Positions 33,427-44,146 of a DNA stretch of 64,000 bases are shown piece after piece (position 1 is the stretch's first letter; every line of letters starts with the position of its first letter). Position numbers and translations under genes: made by a program. The notes beneath the pieces were generated by a model. That model was not told the origin of the DNA. It saw nothing but the letters and a program-made list of their open reading frames with translations, and did no database searches. Source of the stretch: an uncultured cyanobacterium (GTDB taxonomy: Bacteria > Cyanobacteriota > Cyanobacteriia > Cyanobacteriales > Nostocaceae); the NCBI GenBank assembly GCA_963706595.1, contig OY970166.1:4832001-4896000 (forward strand), in the 5' to 3' direction.

Positions 33427-33642
33427 GAGATTTATAAAATTTTAGGTGTCAAGGAAGTTTGGTTTTTTAGAAATAATCAATTTGAAGTTTATATTTTGCA
33501 GGGTGAAAATTATCAACAATTTGTCAAAAGTAAGTTATTGCCAAATCTAGATTTAGAAATATTGACGGAGTATGCGATCGCACCCGATCCTTTAGAGGCT
33601 ATACTAGCATTTCGGGAAAGAGTTAAAGCAAGTTTTGGTTAA
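33427..33642 (+). pseudogene. C-terminal fragment of a Uma2-family endonuclease-like protein
   Basis: Manual translation EIYKILGVKEVWFFRNNQFEVYILQGENYQQFVKSKLLPNLDLEIL...; no start, abuts the dapL relic. Confidence 0.7.
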
Positions 33643-33653
33643 AATTGTGTAGA

Positions 33654-34265
33654 TTATGGAATAAATTCGTTTAATGCTTCAACTAGAAGATGTACTGTTG
33701 TGCAAGGATTATCACTTTCGGCATTATGAGGGTTATATTGCTTGAGAAGATTTTTAGAGTGTTTGATAGCAGTAGCCTGTAGATGTTCTAACTCTTCATA
33801 AATTGAATCGGTATTTTTTTTATATTTATTCTTTAGAAATTTATTTAACTTACGAATATAATCTTGGCGAGGAAGTCCAGTATTGAGAAATTCAAAATGC
33901 AGTACATACCATAATTCAAACGCCTCATTAGAGTAAGCAAGGTTAAATCCTGCTTGTTTAGCATTTGCGATTGCATTGTTAAAATCTTGCATCGGGAAGT
34001 CATCTCGGTCAAATACGCACCAAACTTGGTCATAATTTTCTTTAGAAGATAACTCCTTTGCCTCTTCTACTAGCCTACTGGGGGTATATCCGAATCCTTG
34101 CACATCAACAGAAACTACATTTCGGGGAACACGAAAAGATTTAAAGTAATTTGGTTCAGTTTTTTCACCTTCACAAATAATTAAAAATGTTTGTCTTAAC
34201 TCTCTAGTGGCAACTTTTCTATCAGAATAACCACGATTTTGTGCTTTCCTTATATTTTTAGGCAT
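33654..34265 (-). CDS. RloB family protein (TOPRIM-like)
   Basis: LIICEGEKTEPNYF, WCVFDRD, SNEAFELWYVLHF, NPCTTVHLLVE. Confidence 0.88.
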   Translation of the reverse strand: MPKNIRKAQNRGYSDRKVATRELRQTFLIICEGEKTEPNYFKSFRVPRNVVSVDVQGFGYTPSRLVEEAKELSSKENYDQVWCVFDRDDFPMQDFNNAIANAKQAGFNLAYSNEAFELWYVLHFEFLNTGLPRQDYIRKLNKFLKNKYKKNTDSIYEELEHLQATAIKHSKNLLKQYNPHNAESDNPCTTVHLLVEALNEFIP

Positions 34266-35568
34266 CTGGATTACCCAAAATTTGGCTTAAGTTACCAATA
34301 AAGGGAATAGCGCCATATTTGCCTTTAATGTAGTCACTTTCAAATGAAGCATCATTCCTAATTGGATATTCGACGAGGGAATATAAATCTGTAGCACCAT
34401 ATTTAGTTTTCTCTGTAAACCAAATTTGATCTCTGCGAAATAGTTTGTTACTTAGCAGGTTGGTATCGTGAGTCATAAATATCAATTGTGCATTATTATA
34501 ATTTGTTTCTTGAGAGTTAAATATTTCCACGATGGCTTTGCTGATTAAAGGATGGAGTCTCGCATCAAATTCATCAAATATCAAAATACTACCACTTTTC
34601 AGCGTATTTACTAAAATTCCAGCAACAGAAAATATTTTTTGAGTTCCTTCTGACTCTTGATTTTCTAAATCAAATAATTCCAGAGAAATATGATTACCTT
34701 GCCCATCAAATTTTTGATGTCCAGTTTGAATTGATTTTGGTTTTGATTTTTGTTTTGCTATCATCTTAATCATTAATTCTTTAACTACTGGTGACGTATC
34801 TTTAGGCAAAGAATCTAGAGCATTTTCTGTTTCATTTAGTCTTATTTCTCTGATACCTAAATCTAGCTTTTTTATTAATCGAATAATTTCTTCTCTATTA
34901 TCATTATCTTCCGCTAAACAGCTAACTGTATAATTTAAATTTATGTTGTCTAATCCCGAAATTATTTTTATTTGTTTTGTAAGCCAATTGAGAATTTTAG
35001 CAGCTATTTCAACATTAAATTGAGCAGCTACTGATAGAAAAAGTGCATTATGTCTGGTTTTTGAATCAATTCCCCCACCTTTAAAAGTTTTAGCTATGTG
35101 AAATATATCAGTAGATTCTTCATAATTACGTTCAAAAAGCCGAGTTTCTCTTTTGTTAGGAACATAAAATAGCCACTCTGAAATAATCCTTTCTGGAGTA
35201 GCTTCAAATCCATATCTATACTTTTTACCATATAATAAAAGAACAATTTCAAAGAAAGATGGTTTGGTTTCAGTATCTGTATTAAGTCTAAATGGTTCAA
35301 CTCCTATTTTTTCTGTGCTTTGAGTTTCTTTAGAGGAATTAATCATAAACCAACTCATAAAGCTGATGGCTTTTGCTAGGTTACTCTTACCACTAGCATT
35401 AGCACCATAAATTGCCGCACTTTTGAGTAATGTAAGTTCATTATCTACTGCAAAAGTATTGTTATCATCAACTTTTGGGTCTTTGGCTTTAATATTAGCT
35501 GCAACCATGCTAAAGGTGACTTTATCTTTAAATGATCTGTAATTACCAATACTAAACTCTATAAGCAT
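34258..35568 (-). CDS. RloA-like ABC/AAA_21 ATPase
   Basis: NYRSFK, IYGANASGKSN, ESEGTQK, DEFDARLHP, THD, YIKGKYGAIP; overlaps rloB-like gene. Confidence 0.88.
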   Translation of the reverse strand: MLIEFSIGNYRSFKDKVTFSMVAANIKAKDPKVDDNNTFAVDNELTLLKSAAIYGANASGKSNLAKAISFMSWFMINSSKETQSTEKIGVEPFRLNTDTETKPSFFEIVLLLYGKKYRYGFEATPERIISEWLFYVPNKRETRLFERNYEESTDIFHIAKTFKGGGIDSKTRHNALFLSVAAQFNVEIAAKILNWLTKQIKIISGLDNINLNYTVSCLAEDNDNREEIIRLIKKLDLGIREIRLNETENALDSLPKDTSPVVKELMIKMIAKQKSKPKSIQTGHQKFDGQGNHISLELFDLENQESEGTQKIFSVAGILVNTLKSGSILIFDEFDARLHPLISKAIVEIFNSQETNYNNAQLIFMTHDTNLLSNKLFRRDQIWFTEKTKYGATDLYSLVEYPIRNDASFESDYIKGKYGAIPFIGNLSQILGNPDA

Positions 35569-35902
35569 AGTTAAGTTCTATTCCTAAAGGACATATTCGT
35601 GATATTTTCACAAATATCTAGTTTAAGCATAGCGGTGATCGAGATATTCTCAACTAATATTTTTTAAGTACATACGCACTATTAAAATGAATACAACTGT
35701 ACAGCTACCGTACGTTGAATTGTTGATGGTGCGTTGCGCTGTGCGACAACACACCCTAACATTTTGTTTGTATTTAGCCTACCTGCTTAGGGAAGCTGAA
35801 TGATATAAGAGGCGATCGCACAAACAAACTCAAATAAATTGATGTGAAACTAAGATCGGCTTACAATGAGTGTCGGGAGTGTCATAACCCAGACAAACTT
35901 AG

Positions 35903-37729
35903 ATGAATGCTGACGAATTTTTCCAACAGGGATTTAATAAACATTTGCAAGGGGACTATCAAGAAGCCATTGCAAGTTATACTCAGGCGATTCAGCTACA
36001 TCCAGACTACGCCGAAGCTTACTATAACCGGGGTCTGATTCTCAGCGCTGAACTTCAAGATTATCATGGCGCGATCGCGGACTTTAATCAAGCAATAGAT
36101 ATTAATCCCCAGTTTGCTGAAGCATATTGCAACCGAGGGAATGGGCGTTACTTTTTAGGCGATTATGAAGGTGCGATCGCTGACCATAACCAAGCCATAC
36201 AAATTAAGCCCAATTTTGCCCAATCCTATCACAGTCGGGGTAATGCCTACTTAGCTTTAGAAAAATATGACCAAGCGATCGCAGATTATCAACAAGCCAT
36301 CGAAAATAGTCCCCAGTTAGCGACCCAAATTAACTGCGATATTGCCAAAGCTTTACATAATCGCGGTGTGGCGCGTTGCAATTGCGGCGATAATCAAGGT
36401 GCGATCGCAGATTTTCAACAAGCTTTACAATGGCATCCTTATTTTGCTCCAGCTTACAGCAGTAGAGGTAATATTTATCATATTTTAGAGAATTATCAGC
36501 AAGCGATCGCTGAACATGACCGCGCCTTACAACTAGATCCAAATTTAGCTGAAGTTTACCATAATCGAGGTAATGCCCGCTATGCTCTACAAGACAATCA
36601 GGGCGCTATCAAAGATTACAATCAGGCTTTAAAAATTAACCCCAACTTTGCGGAAGCATACTACAATCGGGGTCTTGTTTATTCTCGTCTCCAAGATTTT
36701 CAGCCAGCATTAGCTGACTTTAACCAAGCGCTGATATTGAACCCGGACGATATCCAAGCATACTCTGAACGAGGTTTGGTTCAAGAAGCTTTAGGAGACT
36801 ATCACCAAGCTCTTGATGATTATAGCCAAGCATTACAAAAAAACCCGACGTTAGCTTTAGTATACGGCTATCGGGCTAATGTTCGTCGCCTATTGGGAGA
36901 TTATCAAGGGGCAATTGATGATAGTAATCGACTCATACAACTTGATCCCAATTTAGCTCAAGGATACTGCGATCGCGCTACAAGCCGCCGTAGTCTAGGA
37001 GATTATCAAGGGGCAATTCAAGACTATACAATGGCATTGCAGATGAATCCTCATTTAGCCCCAGCTTATTATGGCCGAGGTATTGCTTACGAAATTTTGC
37101 AAGATTTCCTCGCCGCAGTCGCAGATAATACTCAAGCCATTGGGCTGTTTCCTGACTTTTCCCAAGCCTATTGTAACCGGGGTAATGCTCATCGTTTTTT
37201 AGGAAATGAACAGCAGGCAATGGCAGATTATAATCAAGCATTAGAAATCAATTCTGATCTAATCGAAGCTTATTACAATCGGGCTGCTTTGTGCTACGCA
37301 CTGAAAGATTATCAGGGTGCAGTTGCAGATTACACCCAAGTATTAAAGAGAAATCCTCAATCGGCGACATTTTATAGCGATCGCGCCAATGCTCGCTATG
37401 CTTTACAAGACTATCAAGGAGCCATAGAAGATTATAATCAAGCCCTGGCTATAGATTCTAGTAGGGCTGAAGACTGGTATAACCGTGGACGTAGCCTTTC
37501 GATTCTGGGTGATTTAACCGCCGGTTTGGTTGATTTGAACCAAGCCTTACAACGTCAGCCTTATTGGGCTTCAGCCTTGATGCTGCGGGCTGATATTCGC
37601 CGTCGCCTAGAAGATTATCAAGGTGCAATTGCCGATTTCCAAAAATCTGCGGATATTTATCATCGAGACGGAAATATAGAGTATTATCAACAAATTATTG
37701 AGGCGATCGCACAAATTGAGTATTCATAA
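35903..37729 (+). CDS. Multi-TPR protein
   Basis: Continuous 34-aa AEAYYNRG...AIADYNQA repeats. Confidence 0.92.
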   Translation: MNADEFFQQGFNKHLQGDYQEAIASYTQAIQLHPDYAEAYYNRGLILSAELQDYHGAIADFNQAIDINPQFAEAYCNRGNGRYFLGDYEGAIADHNQAIQIKPNFAQSYHSRGNAYLALEKYDQAIADYQQAIENSPQLATQINCDIAKALHNRGVARCNCGDNQGAIADFQQALQWHPYFAPAYSSRGNIYHILENYQQAIAEHDRALQLDPNLAEVYHNRGNARYALQDNQGAIKDYNQALKINPNFAEAYYNRGLVYSRLQDFQPALADFNQALILNPDDIQAYSERGLVQEALGDYHQALDDYSQALQKNPTLALVYGYRANVRRLLGDYQGAIDDSNRLIQLDPNLAQGYCDRATSRRSLGDYQGAIQDYTMALQMNPHLAPAYYGRGIAYEILQDFLAAVADNTQAIGLFPDFSQAYCNRGNAHRFLGNEQQAMADYNQALEINSDLIEAYYNRAALCYALKDYQGAVADYTQVLKRNPQSATFYSDRANARYALQDYQGAIEDYNQALAIDSSRAEDWYNRGRSLSILGDLTAGLVDLNQALQRQPYWASALMLRADIRRRLEDYQGAIADFQKSADIYHRDGNIEYYQQIIEAIAQIEYS

Positions 37730-37877
37730 TCTTTGTACACAAATGACACTAATTTCCCAGTGAGTGTAATACATCAAAAAGTAATCAATCACAGATGCAG
37801 TCACGAAATCAATCTGTAGTTCATGTCAATGAAAATTTCTGTATATGTAAGTTAGCTACATTTTTTCCTCAGTTGTC

Positions 37878-37896
37878 TCCGAAATAATTGTAGAGA
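37878..37896 (+). promoter_or_regulatory. Candidate DIF1-like heterocyst-differentiation promoter element
   Basis: TCCGAA (1 mismatch to TCCGGA) followed by GTAGAGA, ~190 bp upstream of the RGSGR ORF. Confidence 0.4.
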
Positions 37897-38065
37897 ATTG
37901 TCTATTTTTTATTATTGTTTGGTTATCATGCTCTGCTAATGTGGCGTGTAATGCTGTTGCACATCTCATAATTTTGCTAGAATATATTCAAAGCTTTGTG
38001 GAATCTTCTCTTCGTAAACTTTCCTGTGCTTGTAAAAATTACCATCAACTTACCGCATTAACATT

Positions 38066-38233
38066 ATGAACCGCTTCACTGCTGGCTTGTTTGTAGGTTT
38101 GCAAGCGTCTATGTCATCTCTGTCTATTTCTCAGAGAAACGATAGTGCTAAACACCTACCTCTTTCTAACTATATGTATGACGGTGGACTTAACTTTGAC
38201 CGTGGATCGGGACGCATCGGGCGCGGTTGCTAA
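38066..38233 (+). CDS. PatS/PatX-like RGSGR peptide (55 aa; below ORF-track cutoff)
   Basis: MNRFTAGLFVGLQASMSSLSISQRNDSAKHLPLSNYMYDGGLNFDRGSGRIGRGC; RGSGR at 38201-38215. Confidence 0.7.
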   Translation: MNRFTAGLFVGLQASMSSLSISQRNDSAKHLPLSNYMYDGGLNFDRGSGRIGRGC

Positions 38234-38699
38234 ATCCGCCTTAATTAAGTTGAATGTTCTCTCACTTGAGTAATTACTAAAATATTCATGAGAGAAATTA
38301 AGCAATGCGGTCGCTAATACTCTGTTCTGGAAATCATCCCATGAGCCAGAATTCTGCCAAGCGATCGCATTAAATTACAGCAGTTTGTAAGTATCGGACA
38401 TCAACAGATAATCAACCAAAGATGGACACAGATAAATCTGTACCTCATCTATATGAAAACTGCTGTATCATTAATCCCAGGTCATTTACAACTTGATGGC
38501 CTGTTGTTTTCTCTAGGAAAAAATTAATTTTAGCTGGGGAGTAGGGAGTAGGGAGTGGGGAGTGGGAAACAGCTTTTTGAGTTGTCAGCGCAAAACGCAG
38601 GCTGCGCCAACAAAAATCAAAGAGGAGTCCTATATGATAAAATATATACAATTGAATATCTTTAATATTTTTGCCCCAAATCAATAATAATTTCAGACA

Positions 38700-39170
38700 A
38701 TGGCTAAAGAAATAGAGCGTAAATATTTACTCAAAGAAGATAGTTGGCGAAAATTAGCTCAAGGAAGTGTATATTGTCAAGGATACATTGCGACACAAGA
38801 TCAAGCTCAAGCTACTGTACGTGTGCGGATAGTAGGAAAACAAGGTTACTTAACTATTAAGGGACCTAGCGTTGAATGTTCCCGATTAGAGTTTGAGTAT
38901 CCCATTCCTGTAGAAGATGCTCACGAAATGCTAAATACATTGTGTCAAAAACCTTTTATTGAAAAAATTAGATACAAAGTAGAATGGGGTGGTTTGATTT
39001 GGGAAATAGACGAATTTGATGGTCTAAATAAAGGACTAATCATAGCAGAAGTTGAACTCAGTGATGCAAATCAAGAAATTTCACTACCGCCGTGGATTGG
39101 TGAAGAAGTATCCCATGATCCTAGATATTTCAATAGCTATTTGGTAACAAACCCCTTTTCGCAATGGTAA
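38700..39170 (+). CDS. CYTH domain protein
   Basis: EIERKY, VRVR, LTIKG, EKIRY, AEVEL. Confidence 0.92.
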   Translation: MAKEIERKYLLKEDSWRKLAQGSVYCQGYIATQDQAQATVRVRIVGKQGYLTIKGPSVECSRLEFEYPIPVEDAHEMLNTLCQKPFIEKIRYKVEWGGLIWEIDEFDGLNKGLIIAEVELSDANQEISLPPWIGEEVSHDPRYFNSYLVTNPFSQW

Positions 39171-39221
39171 TTGTGCCTAATTAATTGATAACTGATAACT
39201 GGTAACTGATAACTGATAAAT

Positions 39222-39590
39222 ATGGTTTTTCAATATACCGAAGCACTCGTAACCATAGCATCTATTAACTTTGCAGACTTGGTTAATTTCTATACCAAAT
39301 TACTTAATAAACAACCATTTTCTCTCATCCCTAATGTTTATGCAGAGTTTCAACTTCCTGGTGTGCGATTGGGGATTTTTCAACCTCAAAAAAACCATAT
39401 ATCGGAATTTGCCAACTCAGCCAACAGTCAGATCAGTTTGTGTTTAGAAGTGAGTAATTTAGAACAGGCGATCGCACACCTAGCAAACTTAGGCTATCCA
39501 CCCCCCGGCGAAATCTCCACAGCATCCCACGGTAGGGAAATTTACGCTTATGACCCCGATGGCAATCGCTTAATTTTACATCAAAGATAG
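39222..39590 (+). CDS. VOC family protein
   Basis: HGREIYAYDPDGNRL. Confidence 0.85.
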   Translation: MVFQYTEALVTIASINFADLVNFYTKLLNKQPFSLIPNVYAEFQLPGVRLGIFQPQKNHISEFANSANSQISLCLEVSNLEQAIAHLANLGYPPPGEISTASHGREIYAYDPDGNRLILHQR

Positions 39591-39712
39591 ATAACTTCCA
39601 AATAAACAAACACTCAATAAACCTCTCCTTTCCTGATTTCTCTGTGTCCTCTGTGCCTCTGTGGTTTATTTCTTAAAAAAATGTTATAATTAGTGGTTAT
39701 TACTAATTAAAT

Positions 39713-40597
39713 ATGTCTTTAACTCAAAACTATAAATTAAATCTGATTCAATGGTATCCAGGTCACATTGCGAAAGCGGAAAAAAAGCTGAAAGAACAGC
39801 TAACGCGGGTAGATGTGGTACTGGAAGTCCGAGACGGGCGAATTCCCTTAGCCACACACCACCCCCAAATAGATGAATGGGTGGGAGATAAACCACGGGT
39901 ATTGGTATTGAATCGACTAGATATGATTTTCCCCCAAGTGCGATCGCAGTGGGTAGATTGGTTTAAGCGTCACGGTGAAGTCGCCTATTCTACCAACGCG
40001 AAACAAGGTCAAGGGATAACAGCGATCGCCAAAGCCGCCCAAGCAGCAGGAGTACAGCTTAATCAAAGAAGAAGCGATCGCGGGATGTTACCTCGTCCAG
40101 TGCGAGCTGTAGTCATTGGTTTTCCCAACGTAGGTAAATCTGCCTTAATTAACCGTCTTCTAGGAAAGCGAGTCGTAGAAAGTGCAGCCCGTCCGGGGGT
40201 AACTCGTTCCTTACGTTGGGTGAGAATTTCCGAACACTTAGAATTACTAGATTCTCCTGGTATTATACCTTTGAGAATGGGAAATCAAGAAGCCGCGATT
40301 AAATTAGCAATTTGTGATGACATTGGTCAAGCGTCTTATGATAATCAATTAGTAGCAGCCGCCTTCATCGATTTACTCAACGAACTGCAAGAAACAGCCG
40401 CACATTTATTACCACCATCACCCTTATACACCCGCTACCAACTTGACCCCGTAATGTACACCGGAGAAAGTTATTTACACGCCTTAGCCGAACATCGTTA
40501 CAAAGGTGACGTAGAACGCACAGCCAGACATCTATTAACAGATTTTCGTAAAGGTTTATTAGGCACTATACCCCTGGAATTACCACCTAATTTTTAG
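39713..40597 (+). CDS. ylqF: Ribosome biogenesis GTPase YlqF/RbgA
   Basis: IQWYPGH, GFPNVGKS, LLDSPG. Confidence 0.95.
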   Translation: MSLTQNYKLNLIQWYPGHIAKAEKKLKEQLTRVDVVLEVRDGRIPLATHHPQIDEWVGDKPRVLVLNRLDMIFPQVRSQWVDWFKRHGEVAYSTNAKQGQGITAIAKAAQAAGVQLNQRRSDRGMLPRPVRAVVIGFPNVGKSALINRLLGKRVVESAARPGVTRSLRWVRISEHLELLDSPGIIPLRMGNQEAAIKLAICDDIGQASYDNQLVAAAFIDLLNELQETAAHLLPPSPLYTRYQLDPVMYTGESYLHALAEHRYKGDVERTARHLLTDFRKGLLGTIPLELPPNF

Positions 40598-40647
40598 ACC
40601 AGATTATGGCCAGAGATCAATGATTTCCATTAAAATATGTGTCTTGA

Positions 40648-40753
40648 TATAGCGGTATGCATTTGAATGAAGTACATCATAGCCCCCTCCTCGCTTGCGG
40701 GGAGGGGGTTGGGGGTGGGGTTCTTGTATCTCACTTAACTGATAACCGCTATA
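40648..40753. mobile_element. MITE-like repeat
   Basis: TATAGCGGT...ACCGCTATA ends; internal ~45 bp identical to element at 55358-55462. Confidence 0.65.
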
Positions 40754-40785
40754 GAAAAATCAAAATAACCATACAAAAGGAAAAA

Positions 40786-41397
40786 ATGACAGAAATTATG
40801 GGCAGACAATACACTCTAATCATAGATAAATCCGGCAGCATGGAAAGCCCTAGTAGCGAACTTCCAGGCAAAAGCAGATGGCAAGTTATGCAAGAGAACA
40901 CCTTAGCCTTAGCTTCCAAGTGTGACCAGCTAGACCCAGATGGTATCAATGTCTACGTCTTTTCTGGCAGACACAAAATGTACTCTGGTGTAACTGCTAA
41001 TAAAGTCAAGCAGATATTCCAAGAAAATAACCCAGCTGGAAGCACCAACTTAGGAGGCGTACTGAAAGCCGCTTTCGATGACTTTTTCAACCGTCGAGAA
41101 CAAGGTTTAACGCCAAACGGTGAGACAATTATTGTGGTTACAGATGGTGAGCCAGATGACCGTAAGTCTGTGTACGAACAGATTATCCTCGCCAGCCGCA
41201 AAATAGATAGTGACGAAGAATTAGCGGTGCTATTCTTTCAAATTGGTGATGATGCAAGTGCTACTCAATTTCTCCGCTCAGTAGATGACGAGTTGACCAA
41301 CGCAGGTGCAAAATTTGATATTGCTGATGTTACAACTTCTGATGAAATAGAAGACATCGGTTTTGCCGCAGCTTTAGAAAAAGCGATCGTTGATTAA
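40786..41397 (+). CDS. Stand-alone vWA domain protein
   Basis: DKSGSM MIDAS, VTDGEP; ATG at 40786 (ORF-track extension is a repeat element). Confidence 0.88.
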   Translation: MTEIMGRQYTLIIDKSGSMESPSSELPGKSRWQVMQENTLALASKCDQLDPDGINVYVFSGRHKMYSGVTANKVKQIFQENNPAGSTNLGGVLKAAFDDFFNRREQGLTPNGETIIVVTDGEPDDRKSVYEQIILASRKIDSDEELAVLFFQIGDDASATQFLRSVDDELTNAGAKFDIADVTTSDEIEDIGFAAALEKAIVD

Positions 41398-41412
41398 TTC
41401 ATAATTCCTAAT

Positions 41413-41740
41413 TAGAGGATGTTTTAAAAGTCTTATTGTCGCTAGCAAAACATTTTAGATCCCCCTAAATCCCCCTTGAGAAGGGGGACTTTGATCACTA
41501 TTCCCCCTTTTTAAGCTATGGTGTACACACATCCTGAGTTAAAAAGAGTTTTCAGCCCTAAAAACCGAATTTATTTTTAAATCCAGTTCCCCTCCTCGCT
41601 TGCGGGGAGGGGCTAGGGGTGGGGTCTTATGACACAAAAGAGAATTTACATTGTGTGTACACCGTAGCTTTTTTAGGGGTGCTAGGGGGGATTATTAAGT
41701 GCCTAAAATCACAGCCGGATACTTTTGAAACAACCTCTTA
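41413..41740. mobile_element. Nested MITEs
   Basis: Outer TIRs agaggatgttttaaaagt / acttttgaaacaacctct; inner element 41515-41668 with TIRs gctatggtgtacacaca / tgtgtgtacaccgtagc; related outer element at ~45735-45902. Confidence 0.7.
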
Positions 41741-41841
41741 GGCACTGCTTTAGGTGTAGAGACGTTCTATAGAACGTCTCTACAGAGGTTTTCATATCAT
41801 AAATCGCGTTCAGATATCAAATTAGCAACGCCCATTTATTT

Positions 41842-42045
41842 TTAACACAACCGTTTAGCTTCCACAGTTAACGGTAAACTTGCTTTATCTGGTAATGCAC
41901 TAAATTCTAATTCCCAACCATTTGCTAAAGTGAGAACCACCCCATCGTTACTATCCGCTTGTTTAACAACTTCTTCTTCCAGGTCTTTTTTGGCAACATA
42001 AGCCACCAAAGTTCCCGCATCATTCATCCGTAACATTACTTTCAT
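41842..42045 (-). CDS. nifT: NifT/FixU
   Basis: MKVMLR..YVAKKDLEEEVV..LANGW; nif context. Confidence 0.93.
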   Translation of the reverse strand: MKVMLRMNDAGTLVAYVAKKDLEEEVVKQADSNDGVVLTLANGWELEFSALPDKASLPLTVEAKRLC

Positions 42046-42308
42046 GAATTCTCCTCAACCGCTTCTAGTTCTCTTTTCCGACAACCGACAACAAAGCCTT
42101 TCTCTAAAAAATGCACTGCATAGATATAGGAATTTTGTAAATAAGTGCCTATACTTGCTATGTAGCCAATATCCCCTTTGTTCCCTAACACCTCCCCGAC
42201 TTCTCTCCCCGCAAACGTCCCATCATTTTTGATCAGTTTGCGAAGTCTGACTTTTTGACCAATTTCAAAAAAGGGGGGTAAATTTAGCTCTAATTCATCA
42301 GGTTGCAT
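42042..42308 (-). CDS. nifZ: NifZ
   Basis: KNDGTF, IGTYLQ, YAVHF, VVGC..ELE. Confidence 0.93.
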   Translation of the reverse strand: MQPDELELNLPPFFEIGQKVRLRKLIKNDGTFAGREVGEVLGNKGDIGYIASIGTYLQNSYIYAVHFLEKGFVVGCRKRELEAVEENS

Positions 42309-43437
42309 GAGAGTACCTCTGTTCTCTTACCAAATTCAAAAGTTCTTCAACGGTCAAATTGCGTTTTTGCTTCACCGACTGCTGGCGGACTGCATCCAAG
42401 ACAGACTGGGTTTCCTCAGCGTCCAGGAAAATATCATTTTGCTGTAGCAAGCTTGTCACCAAATGTCTTCCAGAATGCTTACCCACGACTAAACGCCGTT
42501 CACAACCGACTTCTTCCGGTGCAAATGGTTCGTAAGTCAGGGGGTTTTGCAGTACGCCGTGAGCATGGATTCCTGATTCATGAGCAAAGGTATTTTCACC
42601 CACAATCGCTTTCCAAGGTGGAACATGACAATTGGATGCTGAAGCTACCAGTTGGGAAAGTTCCAACAAACGGCGAGTATCAATCCCCAAATTGATGCCA
42701 TAGATGCGTTTAATAGACATGACAACTTCTTCTAAAGCTGCATTTCCCGCCCTTTCGCCTACCCCGTTGACTGTGGTATTTACAGATGTAGCTCCGGCTT
42801 TGATACCAGCTAAGGCGTTAGCAGTGGCCAAGCCAAAATCATTGTGAGTGTGAATTTCCAGGGGAATGGACAAAGCTGAAACTAGCTGTTTCACTTTGGC
42901 GTAGGTGCTGAAGGGGTCGAGAACGCCCACAGTATCGCAAAAGCGGAACCGCGATGCGCCCCATTCTTGAGCATTAAGCGCTACATCTAGAAGGAAATTG
43001 GGGTCAGCTCTAGAAGAATCTTCGCCGCCTACTGCTACCCAAAGACCTTGATCAACTGCAAAGCTAATACAGTCTTTGAGTCTTTGCAAACTTACTCGCC
43101 ATTGACCATGAAATTTTGCAGCGATGTGGATTCCCGAAACGGGGATGGCGATATGTACTCGTTTCAACCCGCAGGTGATGGAAGCTTTAATATCGGAAAT
43201 CACCGCCCGATTCCAACCGAGAAGACTGGCTTGCAAACCCAAGTCAGATATTGCTAAGATAGCGTGGGTTTCGGCTTCGCCCATTGCGGGAATTCCCACT
43301 TCTAGTTCGGGAACGCCAATGGCATCGAGAAATTGAGCGATCGCTATTTTCTCTTCAAAGGTAAAAGCAACACCCGCCGCTTGTTCACCATCACGTAATG
43401 TAGTGTCATTAATTAAGATTTCATTCATCTCACACAT
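42298..43437 (-). CDS. nifV: Homocitrate synthase
   Basis: [30 protein letters not shown]. Confidence 0.95.
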   Translation of the reverse strand: MCEMNEILINDTTLRDGEQAAGVAFTFEEKIAIAQFLDAIGVPELEVGIPAMGEAETHAILAISDLGLQASLLGWNRAVISDIKASITCGLKRVHIAIPVSGIHIAAKFHGQWRVSLQRLKDCISFAVDQGLWVAVGGEDSSRADPNFLLDVALNAQEWGASRFRFCDTVGVLDPFSTYAKVKQLVSALSIPLEIHTHNDFGLATANALAGIKAGATSVNTTVNGVGERAGNAALEEVVMSIKRIYGINLGIDTRRLLELSQLVASASNCHVPPWKAIVGENTFAHESGIHAHGVLQNPLTYEPFAPEEVGCERRLVVGKHSGRHLVTSLLQQNDIFLDAEETQSVLDAVRQQSVKQKRNLTVEELLNLVREQRYSHAT

Positions 43438-43870
43438 CCCTTTTAGGAATCATTCTTAATATGTTTTCTGCTGTGGTAGCTTATTTACCTGAAAATTCTG
43501 GAATGGTAAATGCCTAATACAAATGCTGATAACTGGCGTGGGTAGCTATTATGATGAATGGTAAATGCTATAAACTCTCAGATTTAATAGTTCATGTTCA
43601 TGATTATTAAATCATAGCTAAATTCCCACATCATATCTGTATGGCAGAGAACCAAATATGGGTATATTTTAGAATTATTTTTACTATTGCTAAATCAGGT
43701 ATTTTATAATAGCGAGTTGTTAATCTAACTATTAGCAAATCTCCAATACAGCAAAATAGTAAAGATAGCAAGAAAGTTAGTGGATATAGTGGTTTGCTCG
43801 GATAGTAATACGTCATTTAGTTGTGGTCATCTGGACAATCTAATAGACTGGAAGTCTGAGAAAAAATTTG

Positions 43871-44068
43871 TTAGTGATGGTCATCTAGCCAATCAAGAAT
43901 CTGCTCTAGTTGCGCCAAGTTAACCAGTCCATATTGCCAAAGGAGCATGGGTAAGGGACCATTATCAAATTTACGATGTCGTTGGGCTACAGCAATATCT
44001 GCATTTGTTAGTTCGAGTTCTTGATGTAAAAAATTGAGAAGTTTTCTCTCACTATTACAGGTGGTCAT
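43871..44068 (-). CDS. DUF2949-like small protein
   Basis: GPLPMLLWQYGLVNLAQLEQILDWL; ATG at 44068 preferred. Confidence 0.8.
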   Translation of the reverse strand: MTTCNSERKLLNFLHQELELTNADIAVAQRHRKFDNGPLPMLLWQYGLVNLAQLEQILDWLDDHH

Positions 44069-44146
44069 ACAATTTTGGATTTTAGATTTTAGATTTTGGA
44101 TTGACCTCACAGATAAATCTGGGGGTATATGACGCAGAGGGGGAAT

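Noticed and set aside
35599..35611. CRP-like site GTGA..TCAC upstream of the rloA-like gene
   Set aside because: Spacer is 5 bp rather than the 6 bp of CRP boxes; kept only as a generic palindrome
40657..40785. N-terminal extension of the vWA ORF
   Set aside because: Lies within a MITE-like repeat; SD-like AAGG precedes ATG 40786
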